Shown here: positions 12,738 through 25,890 of the stretch, in pieces
Numbering within the stretch: the stretch's first letter is position 1
How the letters are laid out: each line of letters starts with the position of its first letter
Source: Pristiophorus japonicus
Taxonomy: Eukaryota
DNA length: 64,000 nt
Direction: 5' to 3'
Assembly: GCF_044704955.1 (NCBI RefSeq)
Contig: NC_091987.1
Span: 68,758,001 to 68,822,000, forward strand
Notes under the pieces: generated by a model
What the model was told of the DNA's origin: nothing
Databases searched by the model: none
What the model saw: the letters and a program-made list of their open reading frames with translations, nothing else
Position numbers and translations under genes: made by a program

Positions 12738-13145
12738 TCATTCCAGACACGCTCAGTGCAACATCAGTACCCCAGACCCTGAATAAAGTAGAAGGTGACT
12801 CCCTGGAACTGGTCTGTGAAGTGTCCAAACAAACATCACAGCACACGCACGTGGCTGTTTCATGGTACCTACAAAAGGGAGATCAGAATCTCAAGGTCAT
12901 CTCTCTAACACGGGATTTCATCCTACGTCCTGGAGAGTCATATAAACAGAGACAGGCATCAGGAGATGTGCGACTGGACAAGATTGGAGCAACTTCGTTC
13001 AAACTAACCATCTACAAACTGCAGGCATTTGATCAGGGGGAGTTCTACTGTGAGGCTAGAGAGTGGATCCAAGACCCAGACGGGTCTTGGTACACCATAG
13101 CTACCAAGCGCACTGACAAAACAACTGTGAATATAAAAGCTACTG
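12738..13145 (+). CDS. IGSF3: IGSF3-like exon, Ig V-set domain 2 (EWI motif)
   Basis: Acceptor ttttgtctcttacag, donor G|gtaagg, 408 nt. Encodes VIPDTLSAT..LELVCEV..VSWY..DQGEFYCEAREWIQDPDGSWY. Confidence 0.93.
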
Positions 13146-13659
13146 GTAAGGCACTGATTTATAGTGGTTATTGTTCAAAAGCAGTGATCAAAATCATCCT
13201 AGCCATTATATGAATAAGCAGAGAATAATGTGCCATTGGCATATAATAATATAAGATGTGAAAAAGATGACACTAAAAGGATCATAGTCAGGGTTTCAGA
13301 GCAGCAAAGGATGGTTATGCCCGGTGATCTCCCAGCTTGTTCATTCTGAAGGTCAGGCCGTGTCAGCCGTTGATGTTTAGTAGAAGCATGGGACTGGGGA
13401 GGAGATATTGGAGGATGAGCTATGCTCAGCTACTTAGTCAAACCTTCTAGTGTCTGTCTGGTTTAGTTGGTAGCATTCTTTCACTATTTGGTAGTCCCAT
13501 TCAGCTGCAAGTAACTGGTGTACTCCACTATTGTGAGGCATTCCATTTAGCAGCTCAGGGGAAATGGTGAACTCTCACTGCGGGTTCCATTCCTTAATGC
13601 TGGTCAGTATGATGTATGGATACTCAAGTAGTCTGTTGAGAAGAAAACAAAAGCAAACT

Positions 13660-13780
13660 ATTATGGATGCTGGAAATTTGAAATAAAAACAGAAAATGCT
13701 GGAAACACTCAGCAGGTCAGGCAGCACCTGTGTAGAGAGAAACAGAGTTAATGCTTCAGGTCAACAAACTTACCTCAAAA
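13660..13780 (-). mobile_element. Penelope-like 3' end fragment
   Basis: gatgctggaaatttgaaataaaaacagaaaatgctggaaacactcagcaggtcaggcagc matches the PLE ends at 24260 and 27850. Confidence 0.65.
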
Positions 13781-14025
13781 TTGTGTGTTTTCACTCACTG
13801 GCTGGGCTTATTCAGCAACAATGAGCACATGGCATACCCCAGCTAGAGTCAGAAATTTTAGGAGAGAGGCAAAGAAATCTTGAAATCTTGAAGTCTGGGA
13901 GTAGGCAGATATGGGTAACAGTCTTGGACAGTCCTAGGATTTGAATTGTGAGTTTTTAGTTGTAATTCTTTACTGCTGGATTCCCAAGCTTTAATCTTTA
14001 TCTGCATGTCCATGTTCTGTTACAG

Positions 14026-14415
14026 ATAAGACCTTCAGTGTTCAATTGGAGAATGAAAGGAGAGTTTTCACAGTTGGAGATACCATGGAGTTAAGATGTG
14101 TCATTGACGCTCAAAATATACAGGACCGTTATTTCTCTGTGTTGTGGATTTTTAATGGCACACAGATTGCCAACATTGGCCGTAATGCTGTACCAACAGT
14201 CAATGTTGAATACACAACCAGAGAGCGCCTGGGACATGTAAGGTTTGCAAAGGAAACTGATACAACGTACCTGCTGAAAATCTACCATGTTCAACTGGAG
14301 GACAGTGGCAAATACCATTGTCGGGCCACTGAGCATGAGAAAACAGTGACCGGAGAATTCATTGCCAGAGACACCAACAAATCAACAAAAGTTTTAATCA
14401 GTGTTCAGCCTGTCA
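14026..14415 (+). CDS. IGSF3: IGSF3-like exon, Ig domain 3
   Basis: Acceptor ttctgttacag, donor A|gtaagt, 390 nt. Encodes DKTFSVQLE..LRCVIDAQN..DRYFSVLW..EDSGKYHC..EKTVTGEFI. Confidence 0.93.
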
Positions 14416-17003
14416 GTAAGTAACTGTCTAAAAATGTTAGTCGCCCTTTAAGAATTAACAATATATAATCTTTTGGTAGCTTGGAATTACTGCAGAGCAA
14501 TTCCAGAATCCTTTTTGTGTGCCCTTTCGAGCAGCTAAGAAGCTGCTTTGGTGCAGCATTCCCTCTGGTTAGTGTGCTTTATGTCACAAGTGGTCTTTCT
14601 GTACAACTAACGTTGTCTCGTATTTTAAATTCAAACAATCTAATCAGAGAGTTAAGTTGTGATTCTCATACTGCCAAGGTCGCTCTAAGCTGTATGGAAA
14701 TATTATTGCTTCATGACACAGCTCTTATCAGTATACAAGGAAACTGTTTTAAAAAAAAAACTTTCCCACGGTTACATAAGCTTGTTTCTGTTAACTGTTC
14801 ACAAAGGAATCTGGGTTTAATATAGCCCAGTTATCAGACCCAAAGTATAGTTAAAAAAAGATGCAGTATAAAATGAAGGGGATTATTTGAACCCGAATTA
14901 CCCTTTTAAGAATAATGAAACCCAAACTATGTCATAGGGGCTTAAAGCTCACCAATGAATGACCTTTGGCAATTTTTATAACTAGAGCTTTGTTGTGCAG
15001 CAATCTTATTCCAAAGCATGTGTTTGCAACAAGAACTTTTAAATTTTGAGTGACATAATTTTTGCTCAAGTAGACACTGCAGTGACAGCCTAGCCCACAA
15101 GATCTCTGCCTGCAGCTTCTGATGCCAGTTGCATTACTCATGCAGACACAAACAAAACCTGATCAGAACGGTTGACTGAAAATCACTAGCCAACATTAGC
15201 AATGAGAGCATTTCCCTTTGATGATTTTGCCTTTAATCTTTCCCCCAAGAGTGATGGTAGCTTGACTTCTACACAGCAACATTGCGTTGTGGTGTTAGTG
15301 CCAGGTTTTTAATTTCTTCAGCTGAGGGTATGTGAATCTTCTGTGAAGTAATGAAAAGCATCATGAAAGTACTTCGTACTGACACTCATTTATTGGAAGT
15401 GCTCCGACTTCTGGTTTTCATAAAGATGAGATAAACTGATCAAGAGAACATCAAAGCAATGTGCTGAGATAAAGGGGAGGAGCAAAGAGCTGAAGACACC
15501 TGTCCTCCGTCCCATCAGACTTTCTACAGTCCCTATTCAGTTGCTGCTCATTTGAGATCCAGTTTCCAAATTCTGGCAATTGGAGATCAGATAAAAAACA
15601 AAATCTAGTGAAGTCCAACCTTTTTTTTTAGTTTAAACTTCATAAATTTGGCATTTTAAATTTAGAGGCAATGTGATAACAACTGCATTTATGGTCATCT
15701 TTACTCTTATTTGCTTGTGCCATCCCCTTTTTATGCTGTCTACAACATACACCCTTTTTGCAAGTTAATCCTTCCATTAAAATAGAATTTGGTATGAACA
15801 TGTTACAGTAACATTGCTCATCATCCCTTCTAGGCTTATATCCTCTCTTTGCTTAAAAGTAGGAATTGCAAGTGAAATGTCCTTGTGAAGAGGCAAGTCT
15901 AACTGAAACAGTTCATTCATCTGTAATGTTAATATATTCGTTCCAACATTTGTTATTCATGGTCAATGCAAAAGTCAGCTTCCATAGGTAACTCTACATC
16001 TCCTATGAACTCAAGCTTGATCTTACCTAGAAAATAATCTGGGATGGCGTTGTCACATGGTGAACAATGAACTTTTCTACCAGTACGCATTGAAAATAAT
16101 GTGGCCTACCCATTAAGTGATCTTTCCAAACCAATGAAAAGCACAATACTGCCAGACTATCTAACTTAGGCTAAAAATGTCCATGTTTTATGAAGTAACA
16201 TTATACAAACCACGAATGAATCACCATATTTTTTGAAAAAGTAGCATTACTGTTGTCAAAGCAACAGACTCTTTTGTGTTTTTAAAAAAAATGCACAGTT
16301 GCACATACTGGGTCCTGCCTCACTGCATCCACTGCATGAGCTCAACTAAAGTACTAGGGAAACCACACCAAATATATACCCAGATTTAGGCAGTTTCTGG
16401 CTAAATCAGAACAAAAGCAGAACTAGAGGAGATAGTTTTCATGCTATGTTGAGTAACAATAATACACAGCATCTCCTTTACCAGGAGAGGTTAATTCTGA
16501 CACAATATGAAGCTGGTTAGCTTTTGAAAAAATAAACACTTTTTATGATGGTTCAACCATTTGGGAAAATAATGGTGTTTCTTCTCGCATGCTAACGTTG
16601 GTGTCTGACCAACCAACCTCAATCTAATCATAGACACCTTATAGACAAATACAAAAACAAATAATACAGCAACCTTCCCCCTTTTTTCTGCCACACTTGT
16701 GTGTTAATCCCAAGCAGTTTAGCCTGGACTTTTAGCAGTAAAATAAATTACTCTCAGCATTAAAGTAATATTGATCGAGAAATCTATGGTATTCCTTATT
16801 CTGTCCGTCACAATGAGAAAAGAAATTTCTCACAGAAAACAGTTACAAAGGCCATTTTTAAATTGTTACAATATTGGCATAGCTACAAATTCCCATAAAA
16901 ATGTATTGTTCTTATAATCTAAAACAAGATGGCTCCTCACATCTGTTACAATTGCCTTTCTACAAAACTACCAATTGCACTAAAAGTATTTTGTTTCCTG
17001 CAG

Positions 17004-17405
17004 AAAGTAGTCTGAGTATGACTGTTACCAGTAACACTACCAAGGTTTTGGAGGGTAACTTGCTCCAGTTCGCCTGTGATGTTCGTTCAGCAATCAGGAA
17101 CCACAGCCGCCTCTCTGTCACCTGGCAGTTAATAAACAAACAAAGAAAGGTCATAGATATCATCAGCTTGGACCAGGACGGTGCTCAGGTTATTGGTACA
17201 CTCTACCATAAGCGTGGTGTTAATGGAGACCTCAGACTGGTCAAGCGGCGGCCAGATTCTTTCATGCTGCAACTACATAATGCAGTGACATTGGATGATG
17301 GAGAGTATGTTTGTACAGTGGCTGAATGGATAATGAACGTGGGTGGAGATTGGCAGCGAATAGGAAAGCAATCTGCTCACGTTGTAGCAGTGGTAACTCC
17401 TCTTG
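17004..17405 (+). CDS. IGSF3: IGSF3-like exon, Ig domain 4
   Basis: Acceptor ttttgtttcctgcag, donor G|gtaagt, 402 nt. Encodes KSSLSMTVTSN..FACDVR..SVTWQL..DDGEYVCTVAEWI. Confidence 0.93.
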
Positions 17406-18337
17406 GTAAGTGCTCACACCAGAAAAGTGTGTCTGAGAGCTGAACATTTTCTGTGCACCAGTCTAATTACTGCCTGATTATCTAAAAGGAACATTTTATT
17501 GTAGAATATTAATACTGGATATGTTGCGGCCATGATAATCATTGACTGAACAAATCAAGAGTAATAAAGTCACAAGTGAAAGTCAGTTAGCTCATTATGG
17601 AGATATTGATGAAATTACATATATTTTAGATATAATACTAGAATCTCATCTTATGAAGTATGTAATTGGGTAGAAGTTATTGATAAAAGTTAAAATTGAA
17701 TGTAGCATGATATTTTTAGTGTAAGGAAATTCGATTGGATCCACCATGATTGGGTTGTAGAGAGACAAGCATCTGCTGAAACTCTGCACCTCCAACTGGT
17801 GGAACGACCGCTGTATGTCAATGCTCCGATAAGGAGTACAGTCTCAACATACTCTCACACATTTTATGGCGAGTTGAGCTACTCAACATGTCACCTAGCT
17901 CATGCTTGTCAGTTGTTCCATGACCAACTAGTGACTCTCCGCCTTGAGGTGGGGCGGGGGGCGGGGCGGTGGGGCAGAAGGTAAATGTGATCTTTTTGAG
18001 GTGACTTGTCATATGCCTGGAGATGAAAGCTTCGAGCCAAGTCAAAAGTCTGTTTAAGACTTGACAATCTAAAATCTAACCGATTTTGAGGGCTGAGCTG
18101 AGATATCCCCACAGTCAAATACCATTCACTGGCTGGATTCACATACAAAGAATGGCTGCACAGATAAGTCATTGTTGGATGGCCAACACCTATGGAATGA
18201 TACCCCAGTACAAGTGAGTGCCTTCAGGAAATGGGGAGGGAAACGATCTTGCAATCCTTCTGTGATATAAAGTATTTTGGGAAATTTTTAGATTATGGAA
18301 GTTGATGCTAACACCTTTTTCATTGATCACTTCACAG

Positions 18338-18739
18338 AAACCGGCTTCAGTGTTACTGCAATAACTCGAACACCATCAGTGATCTACAACAATGCATTTG
18401 TGCTGCAGTGTTTCCTCAGGCCCTCCTATCCTTCTCGAGTGTCGGTATCTGTAACGTGGAAATTCCAGCCTGCTGGATCAAGCAACAACTATGATATAAT
18501 CACTTTTGCACGTGACACATCCATTGCATGGGGGGACAAGGCAACAAATTTTCAAAGTAAAACAATGGTAGTAAAGACTTTGTCCAATAATGTCCGCCTG
18601 GTTGTCTCTAAAGCCAGTGACTTGGAGGCTGGGAGATACCAGTGCATTGCTGAACTGTGGCACCAAAACCAGATGGACCAATGGGTGAGGAAAACCAGTA
18701 AATCTTCAAATATTCTGGAGGTGAAAGTTAAAGCCCCAG
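18338..18739 (+). CDS. IGSF3: IGSF3-like exon, Ig domain 5
   Basis: Acceptor cacttcacag, donor G|gtaagt, 402 nt. Encodes ETGFSVTAITRTP..LQC..VSVTWKFQP..EAGRYQCIAELW. Confidence 0.93.
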
Positions 18740-19174
18740 GTAAGTGCATGGCCTTCCCGCTCAACTAGAGTAAACATAGCGGTCAGCCTTAATAACCACT
18801 TATTTGTCTTAGTTCAATGCATCAATATGTCTGTCTACCTGTAGACTCATCCTTCCGTCACCCTGCCTGTTTTCAATTCTGTCGTACGGCACAAGCTACT
18901 TAAATTCCAAAATAATCTGTTAACTGGCTTATTAACATGCTACAGCCCAGAATACGTTGGCTTATAATATTTGGATAGACTAATATCAGATCCAAAAATT
19001 CTTGTAAAATCTTAAGCAGCAAATCTCCTTGTAGTTACTGAGGAGCACAGTGCTCTCAACTTTTAATTCCAAGAAATTCTGCATTGTGGTCTTATTGCTT
19101 TCACAAACATGTATGTTTACTACCATGATGCATTATTGTTGGCAGTATACATTTTAAAAAGGCACCATTTTTTT

Positions 19175-19450
19175 CTGCCAATTTTTGCCCTTCTTCTCTC
19201 TCGAAGGCATCGATTACTTGCCGAAGTAGTTTCACAGGTGCTGGGTTGCCCTATGGTATCTTGCCCAGGGAGGCCGTTAAGCACGTGCGAATCTTGACAG
19301 TGAGTGTTGGCTAGTTGTTGTATGTGATGCCAAGGCTGATCCCATGTTTACTCAACATGAACACACATACTTCCAGCAGAGTTTGGATAGCGATCGCCAA
19401 CAGGAACCCCAGTTATTTCCCTTCCCTAACCCAGGGACATTGAGACCAGT
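19175..19450. repeat. Unclassified dispersed SINE-like repeat (other copies ~21990-22310, ~29060-29300; opposite strand ~51820-52150)
   Basis: Shared core cttccagcag..gatagcgatc..aggaaccc..cccttccctaacccagggacac. Confidence 0.5.
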
Positions 19451-19454
19451 TACA

Positions 19455-19837
19455 AAGAAAGAAAAAAAAGACTAGCATTTATACTGCTTTTTCATGAGCT
19501 CTCAAATGCTTTACAACTAATGATGTACTTTTGAAGTGTAGTCATTGTAATGTAGGAAACACGGAAGCCAAATTGTGCACATCAAGCTCCCACAAACAAA
19601 AATGATAATCGGCTTTTTTCAGTGATGTTGATTGAGGGATAAATATTGGCCATTATAACTCTCCTCTTTTTCAAAATTGTGCCATTACATCTTTATGTCC
19701 ACCTGAGAGAGCAGAGGGGGCCTTGGTTTAAAGTCTCAAAGAAAATTGGCACCTCTGGCAATATAGCCAGTACTTCACTGGAATGTCAGCCGATGACTTT
19801 AACCCAGAACCCTCTGACTCAGAGGCAAGAGTGCTAC
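19455..19837 (-). mobile_element. DeuSINE (SacSINE1-like)
   Basis: Reverse complement of the 23335-23781 family. Confidence 0.75.
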
Positions 19838-21090
19838 TTCAGCACAACTGGAGGTCAAATTTGGACCTCCTATGGCTCAGTTTCACAGTGGGTAAACTTA
19901 CTGAGCCATCTGAAAGCCAAGGCACTGTGGTTTTAAACAATATTTGCCAACCGCATTCGTTCATTTTTCAACATAAAGGCATAATTTGTCTCAAAATGTT
20001 ACTACACCAAACAGATGTCATTGTTCCGTTTGCAGATGATTTTGTTGCATCAGTAAATGCCATGCAACTCTCCTCTCCAGTATTGTAAAGAAGCTTCTTT
20101 AAAAGCTCCAAAAACTTCATAACTTTCATTCTGTCTATCAGTCAGTCAGTCTTTCTCCCTTCCCCTCCAGCTCATAGTTTAGTCTTCATCTCTCTCTTCA
20201 CCACCGCCCCCCCTGCCCCTCCCATTTCCATCATCTACATCAGTCTTAAATGTAGTTGTCCCTTGAGGTCCTAAAGTCAGCTTTGCGTCAAAGCTCATTT
20301 CCTGCAAGTAGTATTGAATGGAGCCAGTGACCATTAATGTTCTTGCTGTTCTGTCACAGCAGTAATTAGAGTCACTGTACATTAGTAGTAATGAGTGTTC
20401 ATCTCTGAACCAATCACCAGAAATAGAAGATTTATTCCATTAACCCGTTGAACTCCTGAATCATTAGGAATTCTGAGGGCTGCCGCAAATATTTTCAAAT
20501 CACCTTTAATATATTTATTTATGATGCTGGATGGGACTTATTTCTGATTTGATGGCATTTTCCTCAGAATCTTTCCTGGGCAACAGAAATAATGCGTTTC
20601 AGGATTTCTGAAATCAGAAATCCTGAAATGCAGAGAGAAGAATGAAGGGGCTGACAGACGTCACAGGGGAGAACTTCCGATAGAGCATGTAGGCCTAGAC
20701 ATTTGATGACGTTGTACCTGCTTTACAGGTGTAAAATGGGTACCAAATGGCAGGCAGCGTGCACGCACACATTCTGAGCAGTAAATGTGCTGTCCTCCAT
20801 TTTGGTTAATTATCAAAAGGCTTCCAGGCCTTGCACCTGAAGCAGATGTTATGTCCTTTGCATATGCCAATAAAGGGCATAATGCCTATTTGATGACTCC
20901 TTTACCAAATTAGTTTGCCATGAACACAGCTGGTGCTGGGCCAACTGTGTTCAGAAAAATCAGGTCTACATGAGGCCTAACTAGTGGTCCTTAAAGGAAC
21001 TGCTTCAGACTGTCACCTAAAAGGTGCATTAAAAAAAATTGTTACCCAAGTATGGAGCTGGGAGATGCAAAAGTGTTCCTCCCAGCTCCA

Positions 21091-21585
21091 CATAAGAACA
21101 TAAGAAATAGGAGCAGGAGTAGGCCATTTTTCTCCCTCGAGCCTGCTCTGCCATTCAATAAGATCATGGCTGATCTGATCTTGGGCTCTGCTTCACTTCC
21201 CTGCCCGCTCTCCATAACCTTTTATTCCCTTATCACTCAAAAATCTGTCTACCTCCGCCTTAAATATATTCAATGACACAACCTCCACAGCTCTCTGGGG
21301 CAGAGAATGCCATAGATTTACAACCCTCTGAGAGAAGAAATTTCTCCTCATCTCAGTTTTAAATGGGCGGCCCCTTATTCTGAGACTCTGCCCCCTAGTT
21401 CTAGATTCCCCTATGAGTGGAAACATCCTCTCTGCATCCACCTAGCGAGCCCCCTCAGTATCTTAAGTGTTTCAATAAGATCGCCTCTCATTCTTCTAAA
21501 CTCCAATGTGTATAGGCCCAACCTGCTCAACCTTTCTTCATAAGTCAACCCCTTCATCTCAGGAATCAACCTCGTGAACCTTCTC
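21091..21585 (-). mobile_element. CR1 LINE 3' fragment
   Basis: cataagaacataagaaatagg tail; ORF RTRGQSL..FFSQRVVNLWHSLP. Confidence 0.9.
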
Positions 21586-23334
21586 ATGGGCCGCTACCAG
21601 CCACCACTTCCCCCCTCCCCCCCCTTCCAATTGTTGCCTCAATGCCCCGTCCCGATCACTACCTGGTCGCCCCTTATGCATTGGTATAAATCAAGATTTT
21701 TATTTTCTAAAATTAACAAACAACAGAAAATACACTTGTTTTACTTTTTTTTAAATTTATATTTTTTATTTTTAAATTTATATATTTTTTAATAGACAGG
21801 AGAGGAGTAAAAATGGCACAGACGATATCTCAGAATCGTAACTGAGAAAATCTGTTTTTAGGTGAAAATCTCCAAAAGCGGATCAGAAGTCAGTTTAATA
21901 TTTGCAAATTTATTCGTGAAAATAATGAAAAACTCAAAACATCATTAAGGTTACAGAAATTCTCTTTGCACTATGTACGAGTCTTTTTTTCCAATTTTCT
22001 CTCTCCTGTCATGAATTCACTGACTTTTGCTGAAGTACAGTCCATGGGGACTGGCAATCCTTTGTATCCCACCCAGGGTCTCATTATTCATCTCTAAACC
22101 TATAAAGTGAATGCCGGCGAGCTATTCCACCACGGCGAACAGTGATTCAACATGACCCTGTTCTCACTAGAGAGCAACAGGCTCATCATGGGATTATAAT
22201 CAGGAGCAAGAACTCGAGCTAGATTTTCCCTTTCCAACCGAGAGGCACTGTGACTAATTCCGATACCCCAATTGCTGCAGTTAAATTAGCACAAATTAGG
22301 GCTGCCATTTGCGAACTTTAGGTATATATGATCAAAACGTAATAATCATTGAATCATACAGCACAGAGGGAGGCCTTTCGGCCCATTGTGCCTGTGCCAA
22401 CTCTTGAAAAGAGCTATCCAATTAGTCCCACTCCACTGCTCTTTCCTTATTGCCCTCTAATAATAAAGCTCCTCTCCGAGATATGAAAGTAATTTTTCCT
22501 ATTTGTTGTGCCAGGGGTGGCAATGAAGAGGAAACTGGGCTAGAAACCCATTATATCCGCAGTATTTTGCTTTTCCATTATATTTGGTCTTTGTTCCCAC
22601 AACATCAGCCTGAGATTTCCTGGGATCCTCTCAGTGGGCACTACTGGATCAGATTCTGCTGTAGGCACAAGCCCAACATTAACATGCAGATGGGGCAGGA
22701 GTGGGTATTTGCGGCCAACCTATGTCTGCCTCTGGGATGCTCAAACAGAGGGACACCCCAAAAAGCTGGAAATAAGTCTTGCCTAGGGCTCCCTGCAGAC
22801 TGTAAGGTTGAAGAGCACCCCAACGATCCATGGTGGCCGTGGGTAGGTGGATCAGGTAGATCCTCCAGTAGGACTGTGGGGCCTTTTGACTGCTGCTCTA
22901 CAGCAGGGGCGCAGGTGCAAATCTCTGGAAATGCTGGAAACTCTCAGCAGCTCGGGCAGCATGGAAAGAGCAGGCAAGTTAGCGTTTCAGCTGCGAACCC
23001 TTTGTCAGAGCTCGAAGATATTACAGATGAAGAGCATTTGAAAAGGAACAAAACAAGGGAAAGGTGGAGGGATAAAAAATGTGAGCGCACAAACACAGGA
23101 AAAGAAATAGAACGACTTATAAAGTATTTAAGTGGAGAACTGAGAACAAAGAAATAAGAGACATACAGGAGATACAGCGAGTATATGAATAGTTAACGGT
23201 GTATGGGTTAGGCTGGTGGAAAGGGAAGCATAAAAAATGGCGAAGTGAGCAGGCTGCAGTTGTCTTGGAGCATCATAAAACAATAGAAATGAAAATGGGG
23301 CAGGTGTTCTATTGGGCAGAGGATTCACTCCACC

Positions 23335-23781
23335 GTGTCAGCTGTGGCTCAGTGGATAGCGCACTCGCCTCTGACTCAGAAGATTGTGGTTACAAGTCCC
23401 ACTCCAGGGACTTGAGCACAAAAATCTAGGCTGACACTCCAACTGAGGGAGTGCTGCACTGTCAGAGGTGCCATCTTTCGGACGAGAAGTTAAACCGAGG
23501 CCCTGTCTGCTCTCTCAGGTGGACGTAAAAAATCCCATGGCATTATTTCGAAGAAGAGCAGGGGAGCTATCCTCAATGTCCTGGCCAATATTTATCCCTC
23601 AATCAACAGCACTAAATCAGATTATCTGGTCATTATCACATTGCTGTTTGTGGGTACTTGCTGTGCGCAAATTGGCTGCTGTGTTTCCCACATTACAACA
23701 GTGACTACACTCCAAAAAGTACTTCATTAGCTGTTAAGCACTTTGAGACATCTGGTGGTCGTGAAAGGTGCTATATAAATG
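23335..23781 (+). mobile_element. Full-length tRNA-derived DeuSINE (SacSINE1-like)
   Basis: A box tggctcagtgg, B-box-like ggttacaagtccc, Deu core, L2-type tail aaaggtgctatataaat. Confidence 0.85.
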
Positions 23782-24205
23782 TGTTTGTATTTCTTACCGG
23801 TTTATCGCCTATTTGCTGAAGGTGACAACATCCCCTTGGTGTTGACCTGTTTTTTTTCTTCTATCAGGCTTCTGGGTCACTGCAGCCTATTTTTTTATGC
23901 TTTCCTTTCCATCAGCCTAACCCCACCCCTTCAGCTATTCACACATTCTTTGTATATGCCTTGTATTTCTTTGATTTCTCTCATTTATATTACTTCTACC
24001 ATTTTATCGTCTCCTGTTCTCAACTTAAACACTTTACAGGCAATTCTGTTTCTTTTCCTGTTTGTGTCATTCTGGTTTTATCCCCTTTCCCTTATTTTGT
24101 TCCTTTTTACTGTTGTGATGTAGGAAACACAGCAGCCAATTTGCACACAACAAGCTCCCATAAACAGCAATAAGGTACTGACCAGATAATCTATTTTAGG
24201 TAATG

Positions 24206-25225
24206 AAAACAGAAAATACTGGAAATACTCAGCAGGGAACCCGCACGGATCCAAGCTATAAAAACAGAGAATGCTGCAAATCTCAGCGAGTTAGGCAGCA
24301 TCTGTGGAGAGAAAAACAGAGTTAACGTTTCGGGTCGATGGCCCTTCGTCAGAACTGCCAAATGTTCGAAAAGAACACATTCTTAAGCATTGAAAGGGGG
24401 AGGGGAAGATAAAGAACAAAAGGGAAGGTCTGTGATAGGGTGGAAGGCAGGAGAGATTGGAGAGACAAAAGGGATGATGGGCCAAATTGAAATTGTAATG
24501 ATAGAGGTTAAAAAAATATTAATCTGGATAGGGTGTGAATGGCATAGTAATGACTAGCTGCCATTATAGACAAAGAGAAAAAAAGAGAAGAAAGAAGAAA
24601 AAAAAACATAAGATGGGGTGGGGAGGAGGGAAAGGGAGCCAAAGATGGCCAGAGATTATGCTCTAAAATTGTTGAAATCGATGTTGCGTCCAGAAGGCTG
24701 TAAAGTGCCTAAGCGAAAGTTGAGATGCTGTTCCTTCAGCTTGCGCTGAGCTTCATTGGAACAGTGCAGGAGTCCGAGGACGGAGATATCAGAGTGGGAG
24801 TCGAGTGGAGAATTAAAGTGACAAGCGACTGAAAGCTCAGGGTCACACTTACGGACTGAACGGAGGTGTTCCGCAAAGCGATCACCCAATCTACACTTGG
24901 TCTCTCCAATGTAGAGGAGACCACATCGTGAGCAGTGAATACAGTATACTAAATTGATAGAAGTACAAGTAAATCGCTGTTTCACCTGGAAGGAGTGTTT
25001 GGGGCCCTGGACAGTGGGAAGGGAGGAGGTAAAAGGGCAGGTGCTGCATCTCCTGCGCTTGCACGGAAAGGTGTTGTGGGAAGGGGAGGGGTTGCTGGGG
25101 GTGACTGCGGAATGGACCAGGGTGTCGCGGAACGTTGAGAGGGGAGGTGAAGATGGTGGTGGAAATGGCGGAGGATGATCCGTTGAACATGGAAGTTGGT
25201 GGGGTGGGGTGAAAGGTGAGGACCC
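24206..25225 (-). mobile_element. Penelope-like (Neptune-type) element with GIY-YIG endonuclease and 3' pLTR
   Basis: ORF 24656-24985: NLVYCIHCSRCGLLYIGETK..RFAEH..VACHFN..GRN. Upstream C-rich linker FPCKRRRCSTC. Confidence 0.9.
24320..24356 (-). ncRNA. Minimal type I hammerhead ribozyme motif in the PLE pLTR
   Basis: Minus strand: AGTT-CTGACGA-AGGGCCATCGACCC-GAAAC-GTT-AACT. Intact core, stem I AGTT/AACT, palindromic AACGTT stem III. Confidence 0.7.
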
Positions 25226-25890
25226 ACTGAGATTTCCAACATTCTCTGTTTTTATTTCAGATTCCAGCCTCCGTAGTATTTTGCTTTTGGGTCCTAGCTA
25301 TGCCTGCCTTTTCGTGGAATATGTGGAACATTCTTTTTCTAGATCTACTCGAGTCCCCTCCCCCAATTCTTTTTCCAATACATTGATGACTGTTTCAGTG
25401 TTGTTTCCTGTACTTGCCCTGAATGGGAAAATTACATCAACTTTGCTTCCAAGTTCCACCCTTCCCTCGCCTTCACATGGTCCATCTCCGACTCTTCACT
25501 TCCCTTCCTCGACTTCTCTGTCTCCATCTCTGGGGATAGGCTGTCAACCAATATCTACTATAAGCCCACAGCTACCTTGAATACACTTCATCCTACCCCG
25601 CTTCTTGTAAGGACTCTATTTCATTCTCCCAGTTTTTCTGTCTCCATTGTATCTGTTCTGACGATGCCCCCTTCCATACCATTGCTTTCAATATGTCTTC
25701 CTTTCTCCTCAACCAAGGATTCCCCGCCACCGTGGTTGACATGGCCCTCAATCAAGTCCGTCCCATTTCCTGCACTTCTGCTCTCACCTCTTTCCCTCCC
25801 TCCTAGAACCACGACAGGGTTCCCCTTGTCCTCGCCTTCACATTCAACGGATCACCCTCCGTCATTTCCGCCACCTCCAGCGTGTTGCCA

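Noticed and set aside
22450-23157. 235-aa ORF
   Set aside because: TTG start, runs across unrelated repeat fragments, no domain.
23335-23410. tRNA gene
   Set aside because: The A/B boxes belong to the SINE head and continue into the Deu body.
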